From an uncultured delta proteobacterium (GTDB taxonomy: Bacteria; Desulfobacterota; Binatia; UBA9968): a stretch of DNA of 64,000 nucleotides. The number at the start of each line of letters is the position of its first letter. The stretch's first letter is position 1. Below are positions 18,179 to 29,269 of this stretch, piece by piece. Both the position numbers and the translations under genes were made by a program. The notes beneath the pieces were generated by a model that was given only the letters and a program-made list of their open reading frames with translations, did no database searches and was not told where the DNA came from. The DNA is taken from assembly GCA_963840855.1 (NCBI GenBank), contig CAWJBB010000040.1:345394-409393 (forward strand), read 5' to 3'.

Positions 18179-20090
18179 GTGGAGTCGAAGCATCGAAAAT
18201 CTAAAGGCGCAAATTGCTCACTCTTCCACCGACGCAGGCGTGGACGGCTTGTTCGTCATTATTTTCTCATCTCGTTATTGTTGATTGCCGGCGGGTTGAT
18301 TAGTAGCGCCCTCGTCGAGATCTATTTTCGCTATCGCGAAAGCCAGGAGCAAATTGCCCTCCTCGAACGCGAGGCAGCCGCCGTGGCCGCTTTAAAGATC
18401 GAACGGTTCGTGCAGGAAATCGTTACCGCAATCAAGTCATCGACCAAGAGCCGTGAGGTCATGCAGAGCAAGGTTTCGCCCGAATACTGAGATTTGAGCT
18501 GAAAAGGCTTCTCTATTTGGCCCCTGCAATCACTGAAGCCGTGGCCCTCGATATCGACGGAGCAAACAGGCTCAGGTTTCCCGCGCTGGCGCTGTTTCTC
18601 AGGATGCAAGGTCGGATTTTGCCGCCTCGTCTGGCTTTCAGCGGGCCCTCCAAGGAAGGCCTGACTACGGCCCGGTCTACTTCGTGCAAAACTCCGAGCC
18701 TTATATGACGATTGCTTTTCCTATCGAGCAGTTCGCCGGAACGGTTATTGGGGTGCTTCAGGCCGAAGTAAACCTCAAGCACGTCTGGGATATCGTCTCA
18801 AACATCAAAGCCGGGGAAGCCGGCTATGCCTATGTAGTAAGCCGCTCGGGCGATCTCATTGCCCACCGGGATAACAGTTTGGTCTTGCGGCGGCAAAATC
18901 TAGGTCATCTCACTCAAGTGAAAGGGGCTTTTGAATTCGTCTCGGGCGCGCCTCGACCTAGAGTGACGGTAGCTTCTAATCTCGAAGGTAAAAGAGTCAT
19001 CAGCGCCAACGCCTTTATCCCTAGCCTCCAGTGGCTTGTTATCATTGAGCGGCCCGCGGAAGAGGCCTACACGCCGCTGTATGCTTCAATGCTGCGGACT
19101 TCTGCTCTTCTTTTAGTCGGCTTCACTATGGCGGTGCTGGCGAGCTTGTTTGTGGGGCGACGGGTGGTTCGGCCTCTTGAGGCGCTTCGACGTGGCGTAG
19201 AACGAATCGGCAAAGGGGATTTGAATCATCGCCTCGCTCTTAAAACAGGCGACGAGATCGAGATTCTCGCTGACGAGTTCAACGAGATGGCCGGGCATCT
19301 TAGGGAGGCTTACACGGGCCTTGAGCGCAAGGTGGTCGAGCGGACGCAGGCGTTGACGATTGCCAATGAGAAACTTGGAGAGGCGAGCCGACACAAATCA
19401 CAGTTTCTTGCCAACGTAAACCATGAACTCCGCACCCCTGTCAGCGCGATCATCGGTTATGCGCGTTTGGTTCTGCGCGCAACCGAGGGCAAGATCGCTC
19501 AGTTGCAAAGAGAGAATCTCCAAGATCTCCTCCATAACGCTGAGCGTCTGCTCAATCAGATCGACAGCTTGCTCGAATTCGTAAGATCGAGGCAGGCAAG
19601 ATGGAAGTGCGACGTGGAACCGGTCAAGGTGAACGAGGTCATCCAGGGAGCTATATCGACCATCGAACCGATGTTGAACGGTGACAGCGTTCGAATCATT
19701 CGAGAAATCGCTCCAGACATACCGGCCTTAAACACGGATCGCGAGAAGCTGAGACAGATCATTCTCAACCTTTTGGGTAATGCGGTAAAGTTTACCGAGC
19801 GCGGTGAGATTAGGATTTCTGCTTGCCAGCAAAACGGATCATTGAATTTGGCCGTCTCGGACACCGGAATTGGGATCGAAAAGAAGGATCTGGATCAAAT
19901 CTTCGAAAAGTTTCACCAGGGGGATCTGTCGAGCAGCAAGAAATATCGAGGCACGGGTCTGGGGCTGGCCATTGTCAAGAAGTTCGTGAACCTTTTGGGC
20001 GGGGAGGTCGCGGTTGAGAGCGAAGTGGGCAGAGGATCGGTCTTCACGGTGACGCTGCCGTTTGAGCACGGAGAAAGTGTGTCCGTTTAA
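18179..20090 (+). CDS. Cache-HAMP sensor histidine kinase (frameshifted ~18490-18680 and ~19580-19610)
   Basis: Two TM segments, HAMP, HELRTP, NLLGNAVKFT, DTGIG, GTGLGL. Confidence 0.88.
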
Positions 20091-20091
20091 T

Positions 20092-20339
20092 GTCTTTGGG
20101 TTAATTCCCCGCAGCTTGCTGCATAGTGGTGATCGGTAGCACTGCCGGACTCCGTCATTCCCGCATGCTTTTAGCGGTGGCTCGACTGGGCTCGCCACAC
20201 TGGCAGCTTGTCGAAGTGGAATCCAGGCGAGACCGAAACTGGACCCTCGTGGTGAGCATAGTCGAACCACGATTAAAACATTCGGGGGTGACGCCTTGGG
20301 ATCATTTGATACCCCGCTGCTTGCGGTGGGGTTCTTCAT
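20092..20339. mobile_element. Non-autonomous palindrome-ended element (IS200/IS605-end-like) containing nested REPs
   Basis: Left ccccgcagcttgctgc, right gataccccgctgcttgcggtggggttcttcat; same end architecture at 25175-25312. Confidence 0.5.
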
Positions 20340-20428
20340 TTCGACCGTGCCCAAAGGGATTGTCATGCCCGCGAAAGCGGCATCCAGGGTGACCATGGCG
20401 AGCTCGAGAGAGCGAAGACTGGATTCCC

Positions 20429-21460
20429 TAAATTCACAAACCAAGTGCAACACTTTCTGTATAAGGTGTTGCAATGGGACAACGCTATGCACAGTTTTCG
20501 CTTGAAGAGCGCTGTACACTTTCCCGACTTAAGAAGCCGGGAAAACAGTGCGCCAAATCGCGGCAGCTATGGATCGCGCGCCATCGACTATAGCCCGAGA
20601 ACTTAAGCGCAACAGTGGCACACAGGTAGAGCTACCAGCCTGTTTACGCACAACAGCAGGCCAAAGCCGCCGCTGGAAGGGGAGTCGATTGCTGCGTCAG
20701 CCTGAGCTTCAGAAAGAGGTCCTCAAACGGCTTGAGTATGGTTGGTCGCCCGCCCAAGTCGCTGGACGCTTGCGCAAGGAAAAAGGACGTAAGGTCATCA
20801 GCTACGAATCGATCTATCGGTTTATTGATGCCCAGATTCGCCGAACCAAAGACTACAGCTGGCGCCATTATCTTCCCCGAGCAAAAGCTAAGCGCGGTTG
20901 GCGTGGGCGCAGAGGCGGAAGGCGGTCGACCGCATCGAGGGGCGCATCGCTATCGATCGGCGCCCGGCCTACATTCACAAACGCCGCCAACCGGGCCATT
21001 GGGAAGCGTACTTATGCTCTTTGCCAAGTATGGCCAGGCTGTTCTGGTTGCTCATGAAAGGCGCTCGCGCTTGCTTGTTGTGAGCCGTCAACCCAATAAG
21101 GCTGCTGAACCAGTAGCTACTAAGCTCATTGAAATGTTTCGCTCTCTACCCAAGTCGTTACGTCGAACCATCACCTTCGATAACGGCGCTGAGTTCTCCT
21201 ATCACCATCGACTCCATAGATTAGAAATGCGTACCTTCTTCTGCGACCCTCATGCGCCCTGGCAAAAAGGTGGCATTGAAAACGGCATCGGAAGGATGCG
21301 CCGCGGCCTGCCTAGGAAAACTGATTTGGCGACACTCTCCGACCAACGCTTGCTGTCGCTCCTTCGTTCTTATAATCACACTCCTAGAAAGTGCCTTAAC
21401 TACAAAACTCCGGCAGAGGTTTTTATCGGTGACCTGTTGCACTTCAAATGTGAATCCACC
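20429..21460 (+). mobile_element. IS30-family insertion sequence inserted inside a REP
   Basis: TIRs aattcacaaaccaagtgcaac / gttgcacttcaaatgtgaat; TTCCC on both sides; flanks rebuild ctggattccc-gttttcacgggaatgac. Confidence 0.85.
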
Positions 21461-21481
21461 TTCCCGTTTTCACGGGAATGA
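20474..21481 (+). CDS. IS30 transposase (frameshifted)
   Basis: RAPSTIARELKRN, WSPAQVAGRL, SYESIY, GHWE, TITFDNGAEF, PWQKGGIEN, PRKCLNYKTP. Confidence 0.9.
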
Positions 21482-21571
21482 CGAAAGGGGAAGCATGTCG
21501 ACTTTGAATCGAGCTTTCCGGAAGCATTCGACATGGAGCCGAGGGTCGTTCGGCCAAAAAGAACATCAGCC

Positions 21572-22914
21572 ATGAGCGAGAAGATTTTAATCGTGGACGA
21601 TGAGCCGTCCAATAGGAATATTCTCGGCCAGGAGTTGACCCACGAGGGCTATTCGGTTTTAGCGGCAAGCGATGGTCGCGAGGCGCTCAGAAAAGTCGAG
21701 TCGTCTCGGCCCGATCTGATTATTCTCGACTACATGATGCCTGACCTGAGCGGCTTGGAAGTCCTAAAAGAACTTCGCAAGAGAGAGAATGATACTCCTG
21801 TGGTGATGATAACAGCCTACGGAACGATGGAGCGGGCGGTCGAGGCGATGAAAGAGGGAGCCTACGATTTCATTACCAGGCCATTTGAGCCGGACCATAT
21901 CGCCCTGGTGGTGCGGAAAGCACTGGAACGGCAAAGGCTCAAGCGCGGTGTCGAGATTCTCTCGGAGGAGGTCGAAGAACGCTATCGTTTGGTTGTCGGC
22001 GAAAGCGCCGAGATGAAGCAGGCCGTCGATCTGGCGAAGAAAGCCGCTGGCAGCAGCGCGACGGTGTTGCTTCTCGGTGAAAGCGGCACGGGCAAAGAGA
22101 TCTTCGCTCGCGCCATTCACAACTGGAGTGAGAGAAAAGAGCGGCCATTCATCGCCATTAATTCGGTCGGTCTTTCAAAGGAATTGCTGGAAAGCGACCT
22201 ATTCGGCCACGAGCAGGGCGCGTTTACCGGCGCCCACAAAATAAAAAAGGAAAGATCGAACTGGCGAACGGCGGAACGATCTTTTTCGACGAGATTGGCG
22301 ACATCTCGCGGGAGATGCAAGCCAAACTCTTACGCTTCCTTCAAGAACGCGAATTCGAAAGAGTGGGTGGCGTGACGCCTATTTCGGTCGATGTTAGGAT
22401 GATCGCCGCGACCAACCGCGATCTTGAAGCCGCCGTGCGCAATGGGTCCTTTCGCGATGATCTCTATCACCGCCTCAATGTCGTGGCGATTATCACGCCC
22501 CCGCTGAGAGAACGCAAAGAGGACGTTCCTATTCTTGCGGATTTCTTTTTGCAAAAGTTTTCAACTGCAACCCGTCGCAAAGTCGCAGGGATCAGTGAGC
22601 AAGCTCAAATGCGGTTGTCAGCGTATGACTGGCCTGGTAACGTCCGCGAGCTGGCGAACGCCATCGAACACGCGCTTGTCCTGGGCGTTGGCTCGGTGGT
22701 TACTATAGACGATTTGCCTTCTCGAGTCACTGCGGAAACGCCGCTGCAAGCTTTAGAGAATCTATCCTACCGGGAAGGGATCACCGCCGCCCGAAAAGAA
22801 CTAGTCGTACGAGCGCTGCGCCGCACTGATGGAAATCGCTCCGCCGCCGCCAAGCTTCTAGGGCTGGAAGCCAAGTATTTCTTGAAGTTGATAAAATCGC
22901 TGCAAATCGATTGA
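21572..22914 (+). CDS. sigma54-dependent response regulator, NtrC/AtoC family (frameshift in A-run ~22245)
   Basis: Receiver domain, GESGTGKE, GAFTGA, FDEIGD, WPGNVREL, Fis-type HTH. Confidence 0.92.
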
Positions 22915-23063
22915 TCGCCCTTTATATTCCCCGGGGGCAAAACACGGAGATGGCTATTCATCGCCAGATCCAGGGTCACGAATCGAGTCTTAGTCTTCAT
23001 CGCATTCTCGTATTGACCGAGCCTACCGTTTCGTGCATTGATCTTTGTCGCGATACAAAAACC

Positions 23064-24918
23064 ATGAATGAATCAAAAAGCTGGGGCACCGCCGACATCC
23101 TCGCCACGGTGCGGCGCTACTGGGGCTACACCGAATTGCGGCCACTGCAGGAACAAGCGATCCACGCCGAGCTAGATCACCGCGACTCCCTGGTCGTCAT
23201 GCCGACGGGTGGCGGCAAGTCACTTTGCTATCAAGTCTCCGCCGAATTGGCGAAGCGGACGGACATCGTGGTATCGCCGCTCATTTCATTGATGAAGGAT
23301 CAAGTCGATGGCCTGCGCGAGTGCGGTTATCCGGCGGCGGCTCTTCATGGCGGCATGCCCGCCCACGCCCTCCGCGAAACCGAAGAGCAGTTCGCTGCCG
23401 GCCGCTATCGATTGCTCTTCGTCGCCCCGGAGCGTCTGCTCCAGCCGCGACTCTTGCAGCTCATGGAGCGCGTTAACATAAATGCCTTCGCCATCGACGA
23501 GGCGCACTGCATCAGCCACTGGGGACACGACTTTCGCCCGGAATACCGCCGCCTCGCCGAGCTCAAGAGCCGCTTCGCGCGCGCCAGCGTGCACGCCTAC
23601 ACGGCAACCGCAACGGAACGGGTGCGCGCCGACATCGCCGAGCAACTTCGCTTACAAAACCCAACGGTACTCGTGGGAACGTTTGACCGTCCCAATCTCG
23701 TTTATCGGATCATTCCGCGCATCGACGCACAGGCTCAAGTGCTGACGGTCCTGCGGCGCCACCCAGGCCGGGCGGCGATTGTTTACTGCATCAGCCGCAA
23801 CGATACCGAAACGATGGCGTCATTCCTTCAACGCAACCGGCTGCGCGCCGCGTTCTATCACGCCGGCATGGAAGCCGGCGAACGGCGCCGCACACAGGAT
23901 GAATTCGCCGCCGAATCAATCGACGTGGTAGTCGCGACGGTGGCCTTCGGCATGGGCATCGACCGCAGCGACGTGCGTTGCGTCATTCACGCTGCCATGC
24001 CCAAATCGATCGAGCACTACCAGCAGGAAACCGGCCGCGCCGGACGTGACGGGTTAGAAGCGGAGTGCGTGCTTCTCTACTCGGCGGCTGACGTTCTGCG
24101 TTGGGAATCGCTGATCGAAAAGAGCGCCCTCGACGCCAAAGAGCCCGCCGAAGTGATCGCCGCGTCGCGCGAGCTGCTGGAACATATGCGCCGGCTGTGT
24201 ACCGGCGTTAATTGCCGGCACCGCAGGCTGTCCGAATACTTCGGACAACAGTATTTCAAAGCCCAACTGCGAGGCCTGCGATGTCTGTCTCAACGAGGTT
24301 GAAGGTCTGGCGGACGCCACGGTGACCGCGCAAAAAATTCTTTCCTGTGTGGCCCGCGCGGGCGAGCGCTTCGGCGGCGAACATATTGTCGATGTACTGC
24401 TCGGCGCCGACACCGAACGCGTGCGCCGCTGGGGCCATGAGAAACTCACGACCTACGGGTTGTTGAAAGGAACCAACCGAAAGTCGCTCACCAACATGCT
24501 CTATCAATTGATCGACGCCGGCCTGCTCGAACGGAGCAGCGACGAGCGCCCGGTGCTGCGGCTCAATGAAGCCTCATGGGAAGTGCTGCGCGGCCAGCGC
24601 GCCGTGCGCCTCGTACAGCCCAAGGAAAAAGTCCAGAAGACCCGTATCGAAAAAAAGTCTTGGGAGAAGGTCGACGAAGGATTATTCGAAGCTCTCAGGA
24701 TTTTACGCCGCAAACTCGCCGACCAACGCGGCGTGCCGGCCTACGTCCTATTCAACGACGCCACGCTCCGCGACATGGCGCGCGTGCGCCCAAGCACGTC
24801 GTCGGCCCTACTCGGCCTGCGTGGCGTCGGCGAAAAAAAACTCGCCGACCTCGGCCAGCGCTTCCTCGAAGAGATCGTCACCTACTGCGGGGAGAATCGG
24901 TTGCAGTTGGATGTTTGA
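23064..24918 (+). CDS. recQ: ATP-dependent DNA helicase RecQ (frameshift ~24255)
   Basis: MPTGGGKS, DEAHCISHWGHDFRP, ATVAFGMGID, YQQETGRAGRDG, CEACDVC, RQC and HRDC domains. Confidence 0.95.
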
Positions 24919-24994
24919 ACATCTCTAACGATAGAAAGAATACCGGGCGGAAAATCTAGCCAAACATATTTGAAGTTTTGATAGGAAAGGATCG

Positions 24995-25395
24995 TATCTC
25001 GCGCAAAGAGGCTAAGGACGCTAAGTTATAACCAAAGAAAAGGGACGGGTAAGGTGAGGCCATGGCGAACTTAGCGTGCTTGGCGCGAGGCAAATCCGAA
25101 TCCGGAGAGGGAATATTTTCTCGCAAAAGGCGCAAAGACGCCAAGGTAAGATCGGACGTCGGGATGGGTTTGATTCTCCTTCGCCGAATACCTCGCAGCT
25201 TGCTGCGAGGATGAAGGTGAGGAGAACCCTCCGTAGCCTTGGCGAAGGAGGGTTGAAGGGCTTCGAAGAATTTCGCAAAGATACCTCGGAGTTTTGCTCC
25301 GAGGAGCTTCATTACTAAACTTTGCGCCTTGGCGCCTTGGCGAGAGAAAATCTTGAATTAGTTTTGTCTAACAAACTTCAGGATAGAATTTATAG
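24995..25395. repeat. CGCAAAG/CTTGGCG 9-nt repeat hairpin elements with a nested palindrome-ended insert at 25175-25312
   Basis: Arms and 3' tail homologous to 32471-32600. Confidence 0.65.
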
Positions 25396-25413
25396 CAAGA
25401 AGGAGTCAAAATC

Positions 25414-26226
25414 ATGCCCGAATACAAAACCATCAAAGTCACCCGGAAGAACAATTGCGCCACAATCGAATTTACCCCGCCGATGCTGGTCCACGACAAG
25501 AATGACGTCGCACCCAAGCCCGGCCGTCACCGCGAACTTGGCATCGCGCTGGAAGAGATCCGTTTCGATAATGAAATCCGTGTGGTCGTTATTACCGGGC
25601 AAGACGACGTTTTCTGCATGACCGCGCCCAACCATCCGCACTTTCACGGCCATTCGCCGGACAAGACCTGGGACGGCCTGCAGGCGCTCCACCACACTTT
25701 CCAGCAGATTATCGAGATCGAAAAACCGATCATCGCCAAAGTCAACGGCGGGGTAAAAGGATGGGGCTCCAGCCTGGTTTTTTCCTGCGACTTTATCCTC
25801 GCGCGCGAGGACGCGGTCTTTTGCGATCACCATCTCGGCATGGGCGACGGCAACCCTCCCGTCGGGAGACCCGGTGCCGGAATCGTACCCGGGGACGGAG
25901 GCTCGATCTTCGTACCGCTCCATATGAGCCCGCCGCTCGCCCGCGAGTACCTTTGGCTGGGTAAGCAGTTGACCGGCAAGGAACTCTACGAGAGAGGCTG
26001 TATCAACGCCGCGGTCCCGGCGAGCGAACTCGACTCGGTTTGCGACCGGATGGTCGACGCTCTCCTGCGCAGACCGCCCTACGCGTTAGCGTTTGCCAAG
26101 AGGGTGTTTAACCGCTTTTATGCGGAGCGGTTCAATTTGATGTTCGACATCGGCTACGCCTACGAAATGATGAACAAAGAACAGCATGAACGCTACGCCG
26201 GCGGCCGAGGAGTAGAGACGCTTTGA
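25414..26226 (+). CDS. Enoyl-CoA hydratase/isomerase (crotonase) family protein
   Basis: RVVVITG, KPIIAKVNG, GIVPGDGG; AAGGAG RBS. Confidence 0.85.
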   Translation: MPEYKTIKVTRKNNCATIEFTPPMLVHDKNDVAPKPGRHRELGIALEEIRFDNEIRVVVITGQDDVFCMTAPNHPHFHGHSPDKTWDGLQALHHTFQQIIEIEKPIIAKVNGGVKGWGSSLVFSCDFILAREDAVFCDHHLGMGDGNPPVGRPGAGIVPGDGGSIFVPLHMSPPLAREYLWLGKQLTGKELYERGCINAAVPASELDSVCDRMVDALLRRPPYALAFAKRVFNRFYAERFNLMFDIGYAYEMMNKEQHERYAGGRGVETL

Positions 26227-26434
26227 GCGCTGCCTCGCGACTATCCGGCGGGCACCGTGTTCGACCACGGGCACGCTGGCCTGGTAAAAGGTAACCCAGT
26301 TCGAGCTGCCCTCGTTTGTCGTCAATAGTGGAGCTTGGGTCCTAGGCAATTCCTTGAACGCGACGAGAGCGAAAAATCTCACTTCGCGTCGTGGCTCGTG
26401 CCATGACGTGAAAAAATTTAGTGGCAAATGGATC

Positions 26435-29255
26435 TTACTTTAGGTAGTACGCCTCGGCGGCAGGTTTATACGACCTGGGCAGCCAGTAGGGGCGCCGCAT
26501 ATTTCCGGGACCCGGAGCGGGACGCGTTTTTGCCATCCAGCGCTTGTAGACTTCGTGGGATTTGTTGGTGTCGACAAAAACGTCGCCGTACTTGTCATCC
26601 GGTCCCGGTTTCGCAACGCGGACTTTCTGGTGCCAGCAGTGCTGGCCGCTGATGTAGTCGGGTTGTACCGGAAACGTCAGGTTCTGATGCACGCCGCCGT
26701 CCTGCCAGAAGATCCTTTCTGAATCGGGATCATCGCTCTTGAACGGTTGGATGCCGTGGATTGTGCGCATCATCCACTTGCCTTCGCCCACCTGCTTCAA
26801 ATCGACCAGCGCGCGTGGACCATCTCTCGCCGCCCTGATCTTCCGCCAGTCGCCAGCGGCCGAGATGGTGCGAGCAAGCGACGACGCCGGGCTTGATGCC
26901 TTCGGTGACCCAGACTTTGTCGATGAAGTAGCCGATCTCGGTTTGGATTTTCAGGAGATCGCCGGTTTTCACGTCGAGCCACTGGGCGTCCTTGGGGTTC
27001 AACCACAGCGGATTGCTATGCGAGATCTCGTAGAGCCACTTGGCGTTGCCTGAACGCGTATGAATCAGCGTCGGCAAGCGAAACGTCGGCAGTAAAAGCA
27101 TCTCGCCCGCGTTGACGTCGATATTATCCGAGTGCACATGGCTCTTGATGTAACCGGGAATGGCGTAGTCCGGCCATTTCCAGTCCTTCAATGTCCTGGA
27201 GAAAAACTCCAATTTGCGAGACGGTGTCGGAAAGCCGGCGCACGCTTTGCCGTCCACCTCCACGCCGAGAACGGTGCCGTTCTTGGATATGACCTTCGTC
27301 GTGGGGTCGGTCGTCGAGTCGGCGAGGTCGGCGGTCTCGATTCCGGTCTCATGAACTCTATAGACGTTATCCTCGATCAAGAAGGCGCCGTACTTGCGCA
27401 TGTACTCCAGTGGCGTCAAGCCTTGTTTCGCAGCCGCCGCGGGCAGTCCCGGCACGCTGTTTTCAAAAATCCACCGGTAGTATTCGTCGACGGTCATTTT
27501 TTTGCCGGACTCGTAGGGCGACTCAAAATATTTGCGAATGCCGAGCGATCCATCGGGATCGACACGCCAGGAGAGTTCGATCCAGAATTCGTCTTCTTCC
27601 CACACCTGGCCGATGCCCGCCGCTTCGTGGGCTTCATAGGTGGTGTTGAACTTCTTGCCCTGCTTTTCCAGGGCGACGCGCAGAATGGGTTGGCGAAAGC
27701 CGATCCAGCGCGCCGCTTGAGTCTCTTGGCTCATTAAATCGTGGCGCTCGGAAGCATGTCCCATGGGCAGCACATAGTCGGCAAACCAGGCCGTTTCACT
27801 CCAGGTCGGTGTGAGGCACGCATGGCGCTCGACTTTGCGTTCATCCGAAAGCATTTCGATCCAGCTCATACCGTCGGGATTGGTCCACACCGGGTTGTAG
27901 ACCCGGGTAAAATACATGGCGAGCTTGCCGCGCCCCTCTTTGATGAAGTGCGGCAAAAGAAAGCTCATCTCGAAGAAAGCCAATGGGAACTCGCGCGGAA
28001 TCAGCATTTCATTCCAGACTTTAGCCGGCGGCGGCATGAGCGGCGGCGCGGGAATAAACTTATTCGCGGCGTTGGGGGCGGTGCCTCCCGGAGTGCCGAC
28101 GGCACCCGCCAGAACAACTAGAAATTGCAGCGCCCGCGCCACCTGCCAGCCGCCGAGATTGCCCGCCGCCGTGTTGCGCCATACATGCGACGAAAACGCC
28201 GAGCCGGCTTTGGCGATTTCGTGGGCGACCTCGACGAGAATTTTAGCATCGACGCCGCCCTCCTTGGCGGCAAATTCCGGCGTGTACTGCGCGTAAGTTT
28301 GCTTCAGAACGGCGATGAACGATCGGAACGTTTGCGGCTGATCGGGGTGCTCTTCGCGCAGATATTCTTCCCAGTTGACCCAGTTTCTAAGAAATTGACG
28401 ATCGAAAAGATCTTCTTGCAAAAGAATATTGCACATCGCGAGCAGAATCGCCGCTTCGCTGCCCGGCCATGTCGAGAGCCAATAATCCGCCTTCGAAGCG
28501 GTATTGGAAAGGCGCGTGTCGATAACGCAGAGCTTCGTTCCAGCGTTCTTGGCTTCGATGATGCGTTGCGCGTGGGGATTGAAATAGTGGCCGGTTTCGA
28601 GATGAGAACTGAGCAACAGAATGAAACGCGCGTTAGCGTGGTCCGGCGATGGCCGGTCGATGCCCGACCAGAAGGCGTAGCCGGCGCGCGCGCCGGCCGA
28701 GCAAACGTTGGTATGGCTGTTATGACCGTCGATGCCCCAGGCGTGAAAAATCCTCTGGTGATACAACAATTCATGCCCGGGCCGCCCGACGTGGTACATG
28801 ATCTCGCTCCGGCGGTCTTCTTGCAGCGCCGCGCGCACCCGCCCGGCGATGTCATCGAGGACTTCGTCCCAACTCACGCGCTCCCACTTTCCCTCGCCGC
28901 GTTTTCCCAGGCGCTTTAACGGATAACGAATACGTTCGGGGTCGGTGACTTGGTTCAGCGTGGCGGGGCCCTTGGCGCAATTGCGCCCCCGGCTGCCGGG
29001 ATGTTCGGGATTGCCCTCGAAGCGGCGAATGCGGTTTGTGTCCTTTTCGACAAAGCCCAAAAGGCCGCAGGCAGCTTCACAGTTAAAGCAAATCGTCGGA
29101 ATGATCCGGCAATGTTTCTCGACCTTGCGCGGCCACTGGGCCGTGTCGTACTCGACCCAGTCGTCCCATTTCTCAACCGGCGGGTAGCTGGCGAGTCCGG
29201 CGGCGGGATCCAAACGCAGCGCATCGGGATTGAGAGGTTCGGGAATATCACTCAT
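26435..29255 (-). CDS. Mo/W-bisPGD oxidoreductase catalytic subunit (frameshift ~26812), no Tat signal
   Basis: CFNCEAAC...CAKG 4Fe-4S motif, SHTNVCS, TPSRKLEF, molybdopterin dinucleotide C-terminal domain. Confidence 0.9.
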
Positions 29256-29269
29256 GTTGTGGTTCCTCG

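Noticed and set aside
24956-25318. ORFs of 80-118 aa in this gap (also 19839-20519)
   Set aside because: Translations of palindromic repeat DNA with no protein features
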